Shown here one piece after another: positions 41,932-52,435 of a stretch of 64,000 bases of DNA. Origin of the DNA: a virus; the IMG/VR virus record IMGVR_UViG_3300020179_001470, positions 8,947 to 72,946 of that record, one strand, 5' to 3'. A program made the position numbers and the translations under genes. The notes below the pieces were generated by a model. That model did no database searches. It saw nothing but the letters and a program-made list of their open reading frames with translations, and was not told where the DNA came from. Within the stretch, counting starts at the first letter, position 1, and every line of letters starts with the position of its first letter.

Positions 41932-42675
41932 TCAGTTCCTGAGGAAGATGATTGACACACCGAATTTATGAAATCTAAGTTTAAGTTCGTTCTTTAAAGA
42001 ATCGTTTTGAAATTGATTTGAGTCTTTGAACGACGTGTAAATAACCGTAGATAAATCTTTTTTGTTTTCCAAAGTTTTCTTTGTGGGTTCTATTCTAATG
42101 TCAGGGGTGTCGGTCAATTCGTATGGTATACCATAAATGTTTCCGACTTTAAGGACATTGTAATACGTGGTAGCTATCTTACCCAAAATTTTAACCCACT
42201 CGTCCATCCCTTCAAATGGTTTTGGGATTATATTTGGAGGTAATACATACGAATATTCGCCAGACAAAATGTATTGTATTGTGGGGAGGTCGTACTTCAG
42301 GCGGTTATACACTTCTCTTGAAACATTATCAGCGTCAATGGTGAAATGAAATAAACCATCTTTATATTCTATGTTACCGATTCCAAGTTTAAAAGGGTAC
42401 TCACCAAAACCCATTTCCTGAATTTTCTTGCCAACCAAATTGTATACGTCGTTAACCAGCTGAGGGTAAACTTTCGTTGTGTCCACCCATAGTACCAAAA
42501 CACATTCACTAATAAATGCCACACCATCTATGGTTCCTTGTGTTGGGTTTTTTGCGAGAACATCATCAATTTTAATCACCCCATTAGTTAGACCTCTTAG
42601 TTTCTCAACTATCATTGGTAATGACTGGTTGAACTTCTCAACGTCATCACCCTTAATTATTTCAGTTAGTTTCAT
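41932..42675 (-). CDS. Hypothetical protein
   Basis: MKLTEIIK N-terminus; TATTTAT on - strand at 42694-42700. Confidence 0.6.
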   Translation of the reverse strand: MKLTEIIKGDDVEKFNQSLPMIVEKLRGLTNGVIKIDDVLAKNPTQGTIDGVAFISECVLVLWVDTTKVYPQLVNDVYNLVGKKIQEMGFGEYPFKLGIGNIEYKDGLFHFTIDADNVSREVYNRLKYDLPTIQYILSGEYSYVLPPNIIPKPFEGMDEWVKILGKIATTYYNVLKVGNIYGIPYELTDTPDIRIEPTKKTLENKKDLSTVIYTSFKDSNQFQNDSLKNELKLRFHKFGVSIIFLRN

Positions 42676-42918
42676 ATTAGTTGAACTTTACTTATAAATA
42701 CCATTACCCCGCCAAACTAAATCGACCATCTCAGTTCCCTGTACTAACTAATGTTAGTTAGTTTTGTGCCAAACTAAATCGACCCGTCGGATGGTCCCTG
42801 AGGATTCTGATTCCGCCAAACTAAATCCGGAGTCACAGGTCCCTCTTCAGAATTTTCTTATAAAAAAAAATCCTGTGGGATTAATCACAGGATTTGGTTA
42901 AGAGGTCTTGAGTTAATA

Positions 42919-43191
42919 TCACATGTTGCTCAAGATACTCTTACGGAACTCGAACGCTTTCTTCTTTGAAGAGAAGTTCTGAGAGTAACGGGTTCCGTTC
43001 ACACTAGCGCGTACACGGTAAGAGAAACCATCGTAGTAGATGTGGTGAGAAACCGGTACGTAAGTACTTACGGTTGCTTTAACCACTGGTGCGGCTACGG
43101 CTTTTTTACCTCCACCCTTCTTAGGGGCTGGAGCTGGTTTGCTTGCGGGCTTGCTAGCTGTTTTTTTTGTAGTGGACTTTTTTGTTGCCAT
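42919..43191 (-). CDS. Basic K/A/P-rich tail plus AP2/arm-type-like DNA-binding domain
   Basis: MATKKSTTKKTASKPASKPAPAPKK...; HIYYDGFSYRVRASVNGTRYSQNFSSKKKAFEFRK. Confidence 0.6.
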   Translation of the reverse strand: MATKKSTTKKTASKPASKPAPAPKKGGGKKAVAAPVVKATVSTYVPVSHHIYYDGFSYRVRASVNGTRYSQNFSSKKKAFEFRKSILSNM

Positions 43192-43326
43192 AATATATTG
43201 ATTTTAATATATAAAATATAAACAATAAAATCCTAAAAACCAAATCCTATAAAAAAAAAATTTCAAAGAACTAATGCCAATCTAAATCCAGATTCCGGGG
43301 TCACCTGTCGTCTGTACGTCGCCAAA

Positions 43327-43647
43327 CTAAATCCACAGTGTAACACCCTCCTCAGGATTCTCGGGGTACCTTGTCTTATTGAGACAGTCTTTACATGAAC
43401 TGGGTAGTAGATTATACTTACCCCTCAACCCGTCTACCTGAAAATAAGATAGAGGTGTTGGTATCATGTCTCCACACTCATGACAGTGTATCCTGTATAC
43501 TCCTAACTTACCTGAATTATAATAATCAGTTAAGTCATATGATTTACCTGTCACAACGTTGTCATCCACGTGTGTGACTGTGTCTTCTATTATTTCACCT
43601 GTAGTAGGGTTGGTAAAGTATACCTTATCCCTGATGAAGAGTTTCAC
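43327..43647 (-). CDS. Hypothetical Zn-binding protein
   Basis: CHEC...CKDC. Confidence 0.55.
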   Translation of the reverse strand: MKLFIRDKVYFTNPTTGEIIEDTVTHVDDNVVTGKSYDLTDYYNSGKLGVYRIHCHECGDMIPTPLSYFQVDGLRGKYNLLPSSCKDCLNKTRYPENPEEGVTLWI

Positions 43648-43816
43648 TGAAGTTTCCCCCTTTCTTCTATACGTCGTAAGTATTGGGTAAACATTTTTGC
43701 CGCAATAGCCAACTTCTGTGGTCTAAAACAATATTTGTTACCAAGTCTAGCCATTGCTATCCTCATGAACTGTTCCTGAATCTGTGGTTCTACTCGTATC
43801 ATGACTTTAAATATTA

Positions 43817-44278
43817 CTAAAGGTGAGTATTGAACACATCGAAATCTCTAATCCCCATATTCTGTCTCTCCACTTTTGCGTTGTGCTGTAAAAATGATTG
43901 GATACTTTCACCCTGTTCCACAGCTTGGAACACCAATTCCTGTTTAAATTGTTCTGAAGTTATAACTCTAACAACGGATAGTCCAAGTAACCTCATCCAA
44001 AATGGTTCGTCGACCATCACAGATTTAATTCTGAAATAGTTCACAGATTCTCGAGTCACACTAAAAACCCCTTTTCGTTCAATCACACAGTCATCATAGA
44101 ATTCATACCTCCAACAGTCTACTTCGAAGTATTTGTAGATGTATATGACCACAGCCAATGCACATGCATATGGGTGTACGAAATAAGTTGCTGGTACCAT
44201 GGCCAGCCAACCAAAATTCAACCACTGAGATGGTCTTAGTATGTGAGTCGGATTCTCTTTTTGTTGTGTATTAAACAT
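43817..44278 (-). CDS. Bacterial PH-domain (bPH_2-like) membrane protein
   Basis: TM pair then ERKGVFS...YFRIKSV...PFWMRLLGL. Confidence 0.7.
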   Translation of the reverse strand: MFNTQQKENPTHILRPSQWLNFGWLAMVPATYFVHPYACALAVVIYIYKYFEVDCWRYEFYDDCVIERKGVFSVTRESVNYFRIKSVMVDEPFWMRLLGLSVVRVITSEQFKQELVFQAVEQGESIQSFLQHNAKVERQNMGIRDFDVFNTHL

Positions 44279-44600
44279 AATACTAATTTTTAGTTATATT
44301 CTTGGTTGTTGCGCCTGAACTACAATTACATGGAACTGACTTTTTCCTTACTTTTTTCCATTCAATAGAATGAGGTGGTAATAAATGTGGTGTAGTTGAA
44401 TCACCATAACAATGATTAACCCAACAATTATAAATCAATGGACCATGTAGAGTATCTGCGATGTAAATGTGTTTCAAATTACTCGATACGATTGCCACAT
44501 CTGAGCATTGGATGTATGTTTGGTTGGACCTGCAACCAAATAATCCGAGTGTCGATATAAATAATATTTTTTTCATAACCCCAAATCTAAACAAAATTTA

Positions 44601-45203
44601 TTATTTTTCCATATGGATATCACGAAAAAATTCAAAATCGATTACCTCGTCTTCTTCAACCGCGAAGTCAACACACATTGCAATAATCTTTCCTCTTTTC
44701 TTTGTAACATATAATGTGTAAGAACCATCACCAAAACCAGATGAAGAAACTACTCCCTCGTCATACACACCGTATCTGTTATCACCCAAGGTTCTTGAAC
44801 ACATACTGATGTACCATTTTTCACCTTGTTCCTCCTCACGGGCCTCAGTCATTTCTTTCCAAGGAGTTTCACCAAAGAATGAAATATCACCATCCCCCAA
44901 ACCGATTCGTTCTGTAATAGAGTCGTCACGATAAGATTCTTTGGAGAAGATTCCACACTGACCTGAGTCAACACCGATGGTTGCTGGATATTCTTTCCAT
45001 ACCAAATCATCTCCCTGATGGTCCTCGTGTATGACAAGTACCATTGAACTTCGGATACCCCAATCACCACAGTCGTGACGCTTGACATAGGTGTCATACA
45101 TACCAGGTTTAACACCACTAACAATTCCCTGACACCAGGTTGGGATTGTGTAACAAGGGTCGGATACTACGACCTCATTTCCTAATTTGATTTTGTTTGT
45201 CAT
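44601..45203 (-). CDS. Hypothetical (DUF4241-like) protein
   Basis: VSDPCY, GVDSGQ, SGFGDGSY. Confidence 0.6.
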   Translation of the reverse strand: MTNKIKLGNEVVVSDPCYTIPTWCQGIVSGVKPGMYDTYVKRHDCGDWGIRSSMVLVIHEDHQGDDLVWKEYPATIGVDSGQCGIFSKESYRDDSITERIGLGDGDISFFGETPWKEMTEAREEEQGEKWYISMCSRTLGDNRYGVYDEGVVSSSGFGDGSYTLYVTKKRGKIIAMCVDFAVEEDEVIDFEFFRDIHMEK

Positions 45204-45531
45204 ACACTATATGTTATTAAATGGTTTCTATTTCAAAATTAGTTCATTTACTAGAATATTCCAAATTTTTCTAGAATATTTTTGCCAGACTAATTTGCCG
45301 GATTCTCCTCCTTCTTGTTTTTCTTTTTGAAATAGATGTAGAACGGAACCCAACCAGTAAGAACAATTGTCATACACAATAAGGACTCCAATACTGATAT
45401 GTCTTCAGGGTTCGCTGAAGGGTTGATTGCTCTTGCAATGTTTGCGGTGATAATTACAACACCTAACCATCCTAAAATGGTGATACCAACTTGTTTTAAT
45501 TTTTGATTTTTCATCTTTTTGATTTTAAAGT

Positions 45532-45831
45532 TTAATACAATTGTTGCTTTAATTCTTTTGCTTTCTCAAAGTGTTTCTTGATTTGGTTTGCAAAACTTAC
45601 CAAACGAGCTTTGGTCTTGGCGTATGCGAAAAACTGACAATACTCACTGTCGAAATCAATTCCACTACAGTTGATGTTTCTTTTTACACAGTCCTCAAAG
45701 TCATATGCCGACTCGTAGTCGTGACCTATCACCTCTTTATTGGGGTAACCAGTAAGAGTCCATTGGGCTCCATCCCAATCACCTTTGTAGATTGATAATC
45801 CAATACCTGTTGAAATTGTTTCTGTCTTCAT
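45532..45831 (-). CDS. Hypothetical protein
   Basis: ORF with IDFDSEYCQFFAY. Confidence 0.55.
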   Translation of the reverse strand: MKTETISTGIGLSIYKGDWDGAQWTLTGYPNKEVIGHDYESAYDFEDCVKRNINCSGIDFDSEYCQFFAYAKTKARLVSFANQIKKHFEKAKELKQQLY

Positions 45832-45835
45832 GTTG

Positions 45836-46315
45836 CTACTTTTTAAATGTTGATTTAAATACTCGAATGTTTTCCTCAATCTCAAGGTCCATTGCTTGAG
45901 CTAACTTCATTTTAGCCTTAATCATGAACTCTTTGTCGCCAGACAAAATTTCCAAATCCTCCTCAGGGTGAAACTCAATCTTGTCGACAATGACGCGAAC
46001 ATCCTTTGATTTCTTACTCTGACGGTAGAATGGTGTACGTGCGTAGATGTACTCACGAACCTGAGTCAACTTAATATCACTGAGGTCCTCACGAATTCTC
46101 ATTTGGATGATAATCTCCTCAAGTGATGCAAGTTTTTCGAATGTTAACTTACTCTCAATAACCATGGTCTTATATAAACTAATTAACTCTACTAGCTCCT
46201 TAGAATATTTCTTACCATCACCATGGTTGATGAATTGGTCATATGAACTCAGTTCACTCTTTGACCCTACGATGTCAATGAAGACACCTTCGATTGTTTT
46301 ATTTACTCGTCCCAT
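45836..46315 (-). CDS. Hypothetical protein
   Basis: 159-aa ORF. Confidence 0.6.
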   Translation of the reverse strand: MGRVNKTIEGVFIDIVGSKSELSSYDQFINHGDGKKYSKELVELISLYKTMVIESKLTFEKLASLEEIIIQMRIREDLSDIKLTQVREYIYARTPFYRQSKKSKDVRVIVDKIEFHPEEDLEILSGDKEFMIKAKMKLAQAMDLEIEENIRVFKSTFKK

Positions 46316-46590
46316 AATTTTTAAAAAAAGTTATTTAATAATGTTTTTAACATGCCAAACAAAATCCGGGGTTCAGCTGTCCCGTCGGAATTTTTTTCTT
46401 CAGAGTTTTCCATTTCTTTTTTCATTTGAATTGCTTCGTCTACTCTAATCCTTTGCTCGATGGTTCTTGCATGGTATTTAGATGAAACAATAACATTTTC
46501 TTTAGTCCTCAACTCATCCACCCACTCTTGATATGTGAATTGATTCGTTGGTTCTGTACTCGACATTATTTTCAAATCTTCCATATGAAT

Positions 46591-47205
46591 TTATTTTACT
46601 TTTTCCTTTAATTCTTCTTCGTATATTCTACGGATTTCTTTTTCGTCTTCCTTATCAACATAAGGGAATTGTGCAACGAAGTCATCAACACTAGTTTCGT
46701 TATCAATTGCGTATTCCATCTCATTTTGGAAAAGGGATTCCCAAAAGTATTCTTCGTCAAAACGATAGTTACCTTCTAAAAAACCATAATCCTCCTCAAC
46801 CAAACCATTTTCGTTGATGAACGCTTTACCGCAGAAATCGTTTCCACCCTCCGAATAAGACATCTCCACATTCACACCATACATCTTGTGTAATACAACT
46901 CCAAAGTTGATTGGTGGTGACCACGCGGTATCGGGATACAAATAGATACAATCTTTTTCAAAGGTGAAGTTGCAGTCGGCGTATGACACATCCCATTTGG
47001 TACCATACCAACCTGTGTTTGCGTTATACCATCCACCTTGTTCATATTGTTCTTTACCCATTTCAGGGAAACGACCGATTAAGGACTCGAATATGATACA
47101 TTTTTCAGGTTCCGATTTTGGAACATCATTAAGGACACGAGTAAGCAATCCTATTTGCTCTTCAGTACCTGTTATTGTTATTGAGTTTTGACACCAGTTC
47201 GGCAT
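46591..47205 (-). CDS. DUF1281/Api92-like protein
   Basis: MPNWC, WYGTKWD, DTAWSPP. Confidence 0.7.
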   Translation of the reverse strand: MPNWCQNSITITGTEEQIGLLTRVLNDVPKSEPEKCIIFESLIGRFPEMGKEQYEQGGWYNANTGWYGTKWDVSYADCNFTFEKDCIYLYPDTAWSPPINFGVVLHKMYGVNVEMSYSEGGNDFCGKAFINENGLVEEDYGFLEGNYRFDEEYFWESLFQNEMEYAIDNETSVDDFVAQFPYVDKEDEKEIRRIYEEELKEKVK

Positions 47206-47288
47206 AAACTATCTATTTTAAGTTGTTCATTAATACAAAGGTATAAAGAGGATACCATTTTACCAAATAATATCCCCTTTTTATTTTT

Positions 47289-47834
47289 TTACCAGGATGC
47301 TTGATAGTAGAAATCTCCTTCTTCTTCCTTTAATAAGGGGGTGATTTGTTTAATGGTATTTTCTAAACCTTTTAGATACCACTCGTCATATTCAGTTCCC
47401 CCGAAAAAGAACCCCGATTGGGTTGGTAGTAGTTCTTCCGCAAGTTCGGTGTCGGTGTAGACATCGATATCATCGTACAACTCCTTACCACCTTGCCAAC
47501 CAACTTTCACCTGAACCTTCTTCGTCGGAGAGTTTATCAAACTATCCAAAACTTTCTCACAGGTATCCACCAACTCCTTGAGTTGTTCACGGGATACAGA
47601 ATACTCTCGACAATCGTCCTCACCATCCTGTACATTGTTTACGAACCATGCGTGGATGTGGTTCTCTTTTCTCCAATATGCGACACTTTCTTCGATACTC
47701 GAAACTCTGTCGGGTTGGATTTCCTTAACTACTTTTCCACCTTTCTTAACTGTCACCTTGTGAAGTTGTTCAGGTGTCATATGTGACCAATTTTTCACAT
47801 AGGTTTTCTTGTGGAGATACATATCTAATCCCAT
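47289..47834 (-). CDS. Hypothetical phage protein
   Basis: MGLDMYL, YWRKENHIHAWF, LLPTQSGFFFG, YYQASW. Confidence 0.75.
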   Translation of the reverse strand: MGLDMYLHKKTYVKNWSHMTPEQLHKVTVKKGGKVVKEIQPDRVSSIEESVAYWRKENHIHAWFVNNVQDGEDDCREYSVSREQLKELVDTCEKVLDSLINSPTKKVQVKVGWQGGKELYDDIDVYTDTELAEELLPTQSGFFFGGTEYDEWYLKGLENTIKQITPLLKEEEGDFYYQASW

Positions 47835-47838
47835 TGTA

Positions 47839-48141
47839 TTATTGATTTAAGATGTTAAACAATTTTGTACCAAGACCAAATAACTTTTCCGCCTTATCCT
47901 CTCTTTTTCCTTCACTACACACGTAGATTGATTTATCAGGTAGAACACCCAAATCCAACATTCCAAATGTGTGTTCCCATTTACCATTGATGAATTGTTC
48001 ACCTGTGAACCTTTCTTGTGCGTTGTACGCTTCGTAGGTCATTTTCAATTTGACATTATTCTCATTTTGAATAATTCTCATCTCATATGACTTATCTCTC
48101 AAGTGAGATGATACCGAGTGGATTACTTTTTCTTTTTTCAT
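47839..48141 (-). CDS. Hypothetical protein (near-leaderless)
   Basis: ATG lies immediately downstream of the TATCTTTG box. Confidence 0.6.
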   Translation of the reverse strand: MKKEKVIHSVSSHLRDKSYEMRIIQNENNVKLKMTYEAYNAQERFTGEQFINGKWEHTFGMLDLGVLPDKSIYVCSEGKREDKAEKLFGLGTKLFNILNQ

Positions 48142-48281
48142 AATACAAAGATATAATGATTTTTCTTTTATACCAAATTTATTTTCAACTTTGTTGCCAA
48201 CCTAAATCAATGTCCATCCTATGTGTACGAGGTTTTTAATAAAAAACCCCACATTTCTGTGGGGTTCTCCCCTTAAACCAA

Positions 48282-48872
48282 TCAATCATAAGTAATCCTC
48301 GCGTATTTTACTGTGACCCAGTTGTCCTTTACAACAATCTTACCCATGTCCTCACCATCCTCGCCTTTCCAATAAACCTCACCATTTAATTTCACACCCC
48401 ACTTCTCAAAGAAATGATTGATAAGATACTTCAACCACTCAACGTAGTTGTAAAACTTCTCACCACCATCCCACATTAGATGAATTCCATTTTCATCCGT
48501 AGTCCATTGACACCATAAACCAGGTTGACATTTACCCTCTCGCGTTCTCAAATCATTTTGTGTCCACCTTTCGTTGTAGTTAGTTGTTAGAAAATCAAGT
48601 TGACCTGGAGGTGTGTTGTAATCAACAATACTATCATCCTTGTCTTGACCCGCGAACCCATTACCACCAACAAAGTATTCACCATCGTTTCCGTAGGTTT
48701 CTTCTTTTGGTAGAAAAGGGTTTCCGTGTTCACCCTTAAATAACTCATAGAGTTTCTCAACATTTCGTTTCATTCTACGAGTGTTGTTGAACTTGGTGAT
48801 GTAATTTTTTTCATCACTAGTGAGTGGACGACTGAATTCAAATCCACCTTCGAAATCGGTTGTGTATCCCAT
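48282..48872 (-). CDS. Hypothetical phage protein
   Basis: MGYTTDFEG, QPGLWCQW, WDGGEKFY.YVEWL. Confidence 0.75.
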   Translation of the reverse strand: MGYTTDFEGGFEFSRPLTSDEKNYITKFNNTRRMKRNVEKLYELFKGEHGNPFLPKEETYGNDGEYFVGGNGFAGQDKDDSIVDYNTPPGQLDFLTTNYNERWTQNDLRTREGKCQPGLWCQWTTDENGIHLMWDGGEKFYNYVEWLKYLINHFFEKWGVKLNGEVYWKGEDGEDMGKIVVKDNWVTVKYARITYD

Positions 48873-48951
48873 ACTTTTTTGATTTAATTGTAATACAAAG
48901 ATATAACAATTTTTCTTTTATACCAAATTTATTTTGAACTTTGTTGCCAAC

Positions 48952-49428
48952 CTAAATCCCCCCCGTGAATCTGGGGTTCAACCTGAACTCCAATTTGTAT
49001 TTAGGGTTGTAACTACCACCTGAACAATTACTACACGAATAAGACCTTCTTCTTAAACGATGCGCTTTGGATACTTTACCACAACCAACACATGTTGCAA
49101 CATATTTTGTTTCGGATGTTTCAACTACTTTACTACTATAACAACGATGTCCGTCACAACCTATTTCAATTGCCTTCGCTCTCCATACATGGTTATGTTT
49201 TTGACCAGGACAAAGTGCGTGTGCAATTTCATGTAGAATAGTATTCTTTACATGACTTTCATCATTAAGTAATGTCAATACTTTGGATAGTGTAATTTGT
49301 TTAGGTCTGTATTTACAACACCCAAACCTAAGTTTTGCGTTGTCATACACAAATGTCCATCCATTAACATCTAACTTGTGTTTACGAATTAACTTATCTG
49401 CGAGTTGTTGTGCTTTAATTAAGTCCAT
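48952..49428 (-). CDS. SprT-like metalloprotease
   Basis: TILHEIAHAL, H..VW, C-terminal CxxC pairs. Confidence 0.8.
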   Translation of the reverse strand: MDLIKAQQLADKLIRKHKLDVNGWTFVYDNAKLRFGCCKYRPKQITLSKVLTLLNDESHVKNTILHEIAHALCPGQKHNHVWRAKAIEIGCDGHRCYSSKVVETSETKYVATCVGCGKVSKAHRLRRRSYSCSNCSGGSYNPKYKLEFRLNPRFTGGI

Positions 49429-49450
49429 GTTGTTTTATTTTGTGGCCAAA

Positions 49451-49840
49451 CTAAATTTCACCTTCACCTGTTGTGATGTACACTCCGTAATCGATGGTAT
49501 GTAATTGTGGTACCCCATCATTATCCATGATGTGACCATCAAATAACCAGTTAGGTTGAACTCGTGGATTGTATCGAACCCTACGACTTTCATCCTTGTA
49601 TGGTTGACCTGTGTAAATCTTAATGTCCTTACAAAGTATCCACGCGCACACTACTTTATTACCACCATCAAAAATCTTTTGTGCGGTTTTCCTGTGGTTC
49701 TTAAATGTGCAACCCGTCATCACTAATTGATTATCGGTTGGACTGTAATACAATACACTACCGTCTGGGTGTTGTACTTTCCATTTCAGGTAGTTCTTAC
49801 CTCTACCGAGATTGAACCTAACTTTAATACTCTTACTCAT
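49451..49840 (-). CDS. Hypothetical protein
   Basis: KVRFNLGRGKNYLKWK...YNPR. Confidence 0.6.
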   Translation of the reverse strand: MSKSIKVRFNLGRGKNYLKWKVQHPDGSVLYYSPTDNQLVMTGCTFKNHRKTAQKIFDGGNKVVCAWILCKDIKIYTGQPYKDESRRVRYNPRVQPNWLFDGHIMDNDGVPQLHTIDYGVYITTGEGEI

Positions 49841-49933
49841 CTTGATTGGTTTATGATACAAATATAATATTAATTCTTTTATATTCCAAATGTTTTTTGC
49901 CAAACAAAAATCCCCCTGTGACGGGGGACCTTT

Positions 49934-50536
49934 TTATTCTTTCAAATCAAAAATCAATTCGGCGTAATCCATTGTGCCGTTGGTAACAAGTGGACTATCT
50001 TTTTCTATTGAGATGACATCTCTCGACCACGAACCAATAATCTCATTTTCATCATCACCTCTAAAATCTCCACCACCTTGTCCGTTACCCTCACTAGTTA
50101 ATAGTGGTAAAGGGTGAATTTTTGCACCATCCCATCCTTGAATTTCGGGAACTTTGTTTTTGTCCACGAACATTTTTTTGCTGTGGTTTACAATGTAGGG
50201 GTATTCGTCAGTTGATGAAACCTTTGGTTTGATTTGGTTTTCATCATTACAAAGTGAATACAAATTTGCGTCGTACTCCTTCCCTTCCGAAATGACTTTT
50301 ACTCCTGGTTCTTCTTCTGCGTAATCACCCGCCCACACTACACGACTTTTGTAATGTTCACCTCTACGGGTTAATTGTTTTTCAAAAGTTGAAACGAAGT
50401 TGTTCCCTTGATAGGAATGCTCCATCAGTTTGAGTCCGTTGTCGTACTCGTGTGAATACATCCACGCTTTAACTGTTTCGTGTTCACCCTCTTTTGGGGT
50501 GATACCTAAAATGATTGGTTTATAATACTGTCCCAT
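49934..50536 (-). CDS. Hypothetical phage protein
   Basis: MGQYY, GLKLMEHSY, WAGDYA, HPLPLLT. Confidence 0.7.
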   Translation of the reverse strand: MGQYYKPIILGITPKEGEHETVKAWMYSHEYDNGLKLMEHSYQGNNFVSTFEKQLTRRGEHYKSRVVWAGDYAEEEPGVKVISEGKEYDANLYSLCNDENQIKPKVSSTDEYPYIVNHSKKMFVDKNKVPEIQGWDGAKIHPLPLLTSEGNGQGGGDFRGDDENEIIGSWSRDVISIEKDSPLVTNGTMDYAELIFDLKE

Positions 50537-50800
50537 AACTATGTTGTTTTATGATACAAATATACATCTATTTTTAATATAATCAAATTTTTTTTATATT
50601 TTTTTTGCCAAACAATTTTTGGATTAACCGGGGTCACCAGCAAAATAGCCAGAAAAACTGGTAGCAATAGCCGCGCAAACCAGATGTGATTTTGGTTGGC
50701 ATTCTGTAAATGTAATAAAATCAACACTTTGAGTTACGCCAAACAAAATCCTGAAGACCGGCGCAAAAGCGCAGCAAATGTTTTAGCAATAAAAAACCCC

Positions 50801-51571
50801 TCATTGTGAGGGGTCTACTATAAACTTGCTATCTTTTTGAGGTCGTTTTCGTGTGACTTTATATTTTAATCCCACAATAATGTCGTTCTCATCTCGATAT
50901 CTCATATCATATAAGTCACCATCGATAACTTTTCTACCCCAAAACTTTTTGGGTATTTCTTTTTTGAAAACAACGGCAACTCGTATACCATTGTTCAACA
51001 TACTAATACAATCTGAAAAGTTTGTACCACTAAATGAAAATGTTAAGTCGTAGTTCTTATACTTCTTAACTAACTCCATTCGTTTACCTACTTTGCTATA
51101 GTCGTAAAACATAATATCAGGAAACAATTGCAAAATGTTTTTTCTTTTACCATCTACAACCATATGAAAAGATTCGGGCGAAATGTCTGAAGTGTTATTT
51201 AAACGAACACTAAAGTGATAACCCTGTTTTTCAGCTTTCTTTTTTGCTGCCTCAATTTCTGCAACCATCCATTGCATAAAATACTGACGGTGTTCAAAAA
51301 ACAATTTTGTTTTTTTAATTCTACTCTGAGTAATCATGTCATCTCTCATGTTCATTCGATTCATACCAGATTCGTTTAAACATAGTGCAGTACATTCTTC
51401 ATTCCTCATCGGACAAACTTCGTAACCACTTAAGTCCGCGGGTGCTAGATAAAGACTGTAGGTTAATTCATCATACTTGTACGCTTTAGCGTGTTTTGAT
51501 GTGAGGTTGACTGAACCTAAATAATTGATACCAGTCTCCTTTCTTGCTTGGGTTTTATTTCTATACTCCAT
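50801..51571 (-). CDS. GP88-family phage protein
   Basis: LYLAPA..SG..VCP...C...CL, VRLN.TSDI, FYDYSK, DGDLYDMR. Confidence 0.65.
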   Translation of the reverse strand: MEYRNKTQARKETGINYLGSVNLTSKHAKAYKYDELTYSLYLAPADLSGYEVCPMRNEECTALCLNESGMNRMNMRDDMITQSRIKKTKLFFEHRQYFMQWMVAEIEAAKKKAEKQGYHFSVRLNNTSDISPESFHMVVDGKRKNILQLFPDIMFYDYSKVGKRMELVKKYKNYDLTFSFSGTNFSDCISMLNNGIRVAVVFKKEIPKKFWGRKVIDGDLYDMRYRDENDIIVGLKYKVTRKRPQKDSKFIVDPSQ

Positions 51572-52435
51572 TTCTATACTCCATTGGTTTAACAATACAA
51601 ATATAAAACAAATTTTTTTATATTCCAAATTTATTTTTATTTTTTTCTTCAGGGGTACCCAGTCTTCCCAGTGCAATATTGGTTGGCACACGCCAAACAA
51701 AATCCCGAGATGTAACTGTGCAGCTCTGTTGCACACATCCGAGCATAAAAAACCCCCACATTTCTGTGAGGGCTTTTCGAACCGAACATTAAATCAATAT
51801 ACTAAATCACAGAACCCCTTCTATCGAGTGTCCTTTTTTGGTGAGGTTTTTACCTTTACGCTCATAGTTGTTGTATCCAACCAAAAACAAATCGTCTTTG
51901 GTTCCAAACACCATTGAACCTTCAAGTTTCATTCCACCATAATTTACTTTCAGCTTACGCATAAAGTCATTAAAAGAACGTTCAAGCTGTACACCAATTT
52001 TATCGGTAGGAGGAACTGGTGCGTTTTCAATGTGGTAACGAGTACCAACTCGAGAAAACTTAATACCTACCATTTCTTTTTTCTCAAAATTTGGTAAACT
52101 CTCATTTAGGCATTCACGAATTTCGTGCAAAGACTTCTTCAATGAATTAGCCGTAGTCTTTCTTGGTTTTTTTATCATAATCAATTTTTTGAATTACAGT
52201 ACAAAAATAATAAGAATATTTTCTATTTCCAACAAATATTTTTAATTTGTTCAACTTTTTTTACAAAACACTGAACAAATAGTGTATTTTTTATTGGAAT
52301 ATGAACATTTAAGTGTTGAAAACTAAGCCAAACAAAATTTGGAGTCGTCTTCAGGACAAAACATCTTGTGAAATTTTGAGCGTAAAAAAGGGGTAACTTT
52401 TCAGTCACCCCAATTACTAACCCCTAAACTAAAAG

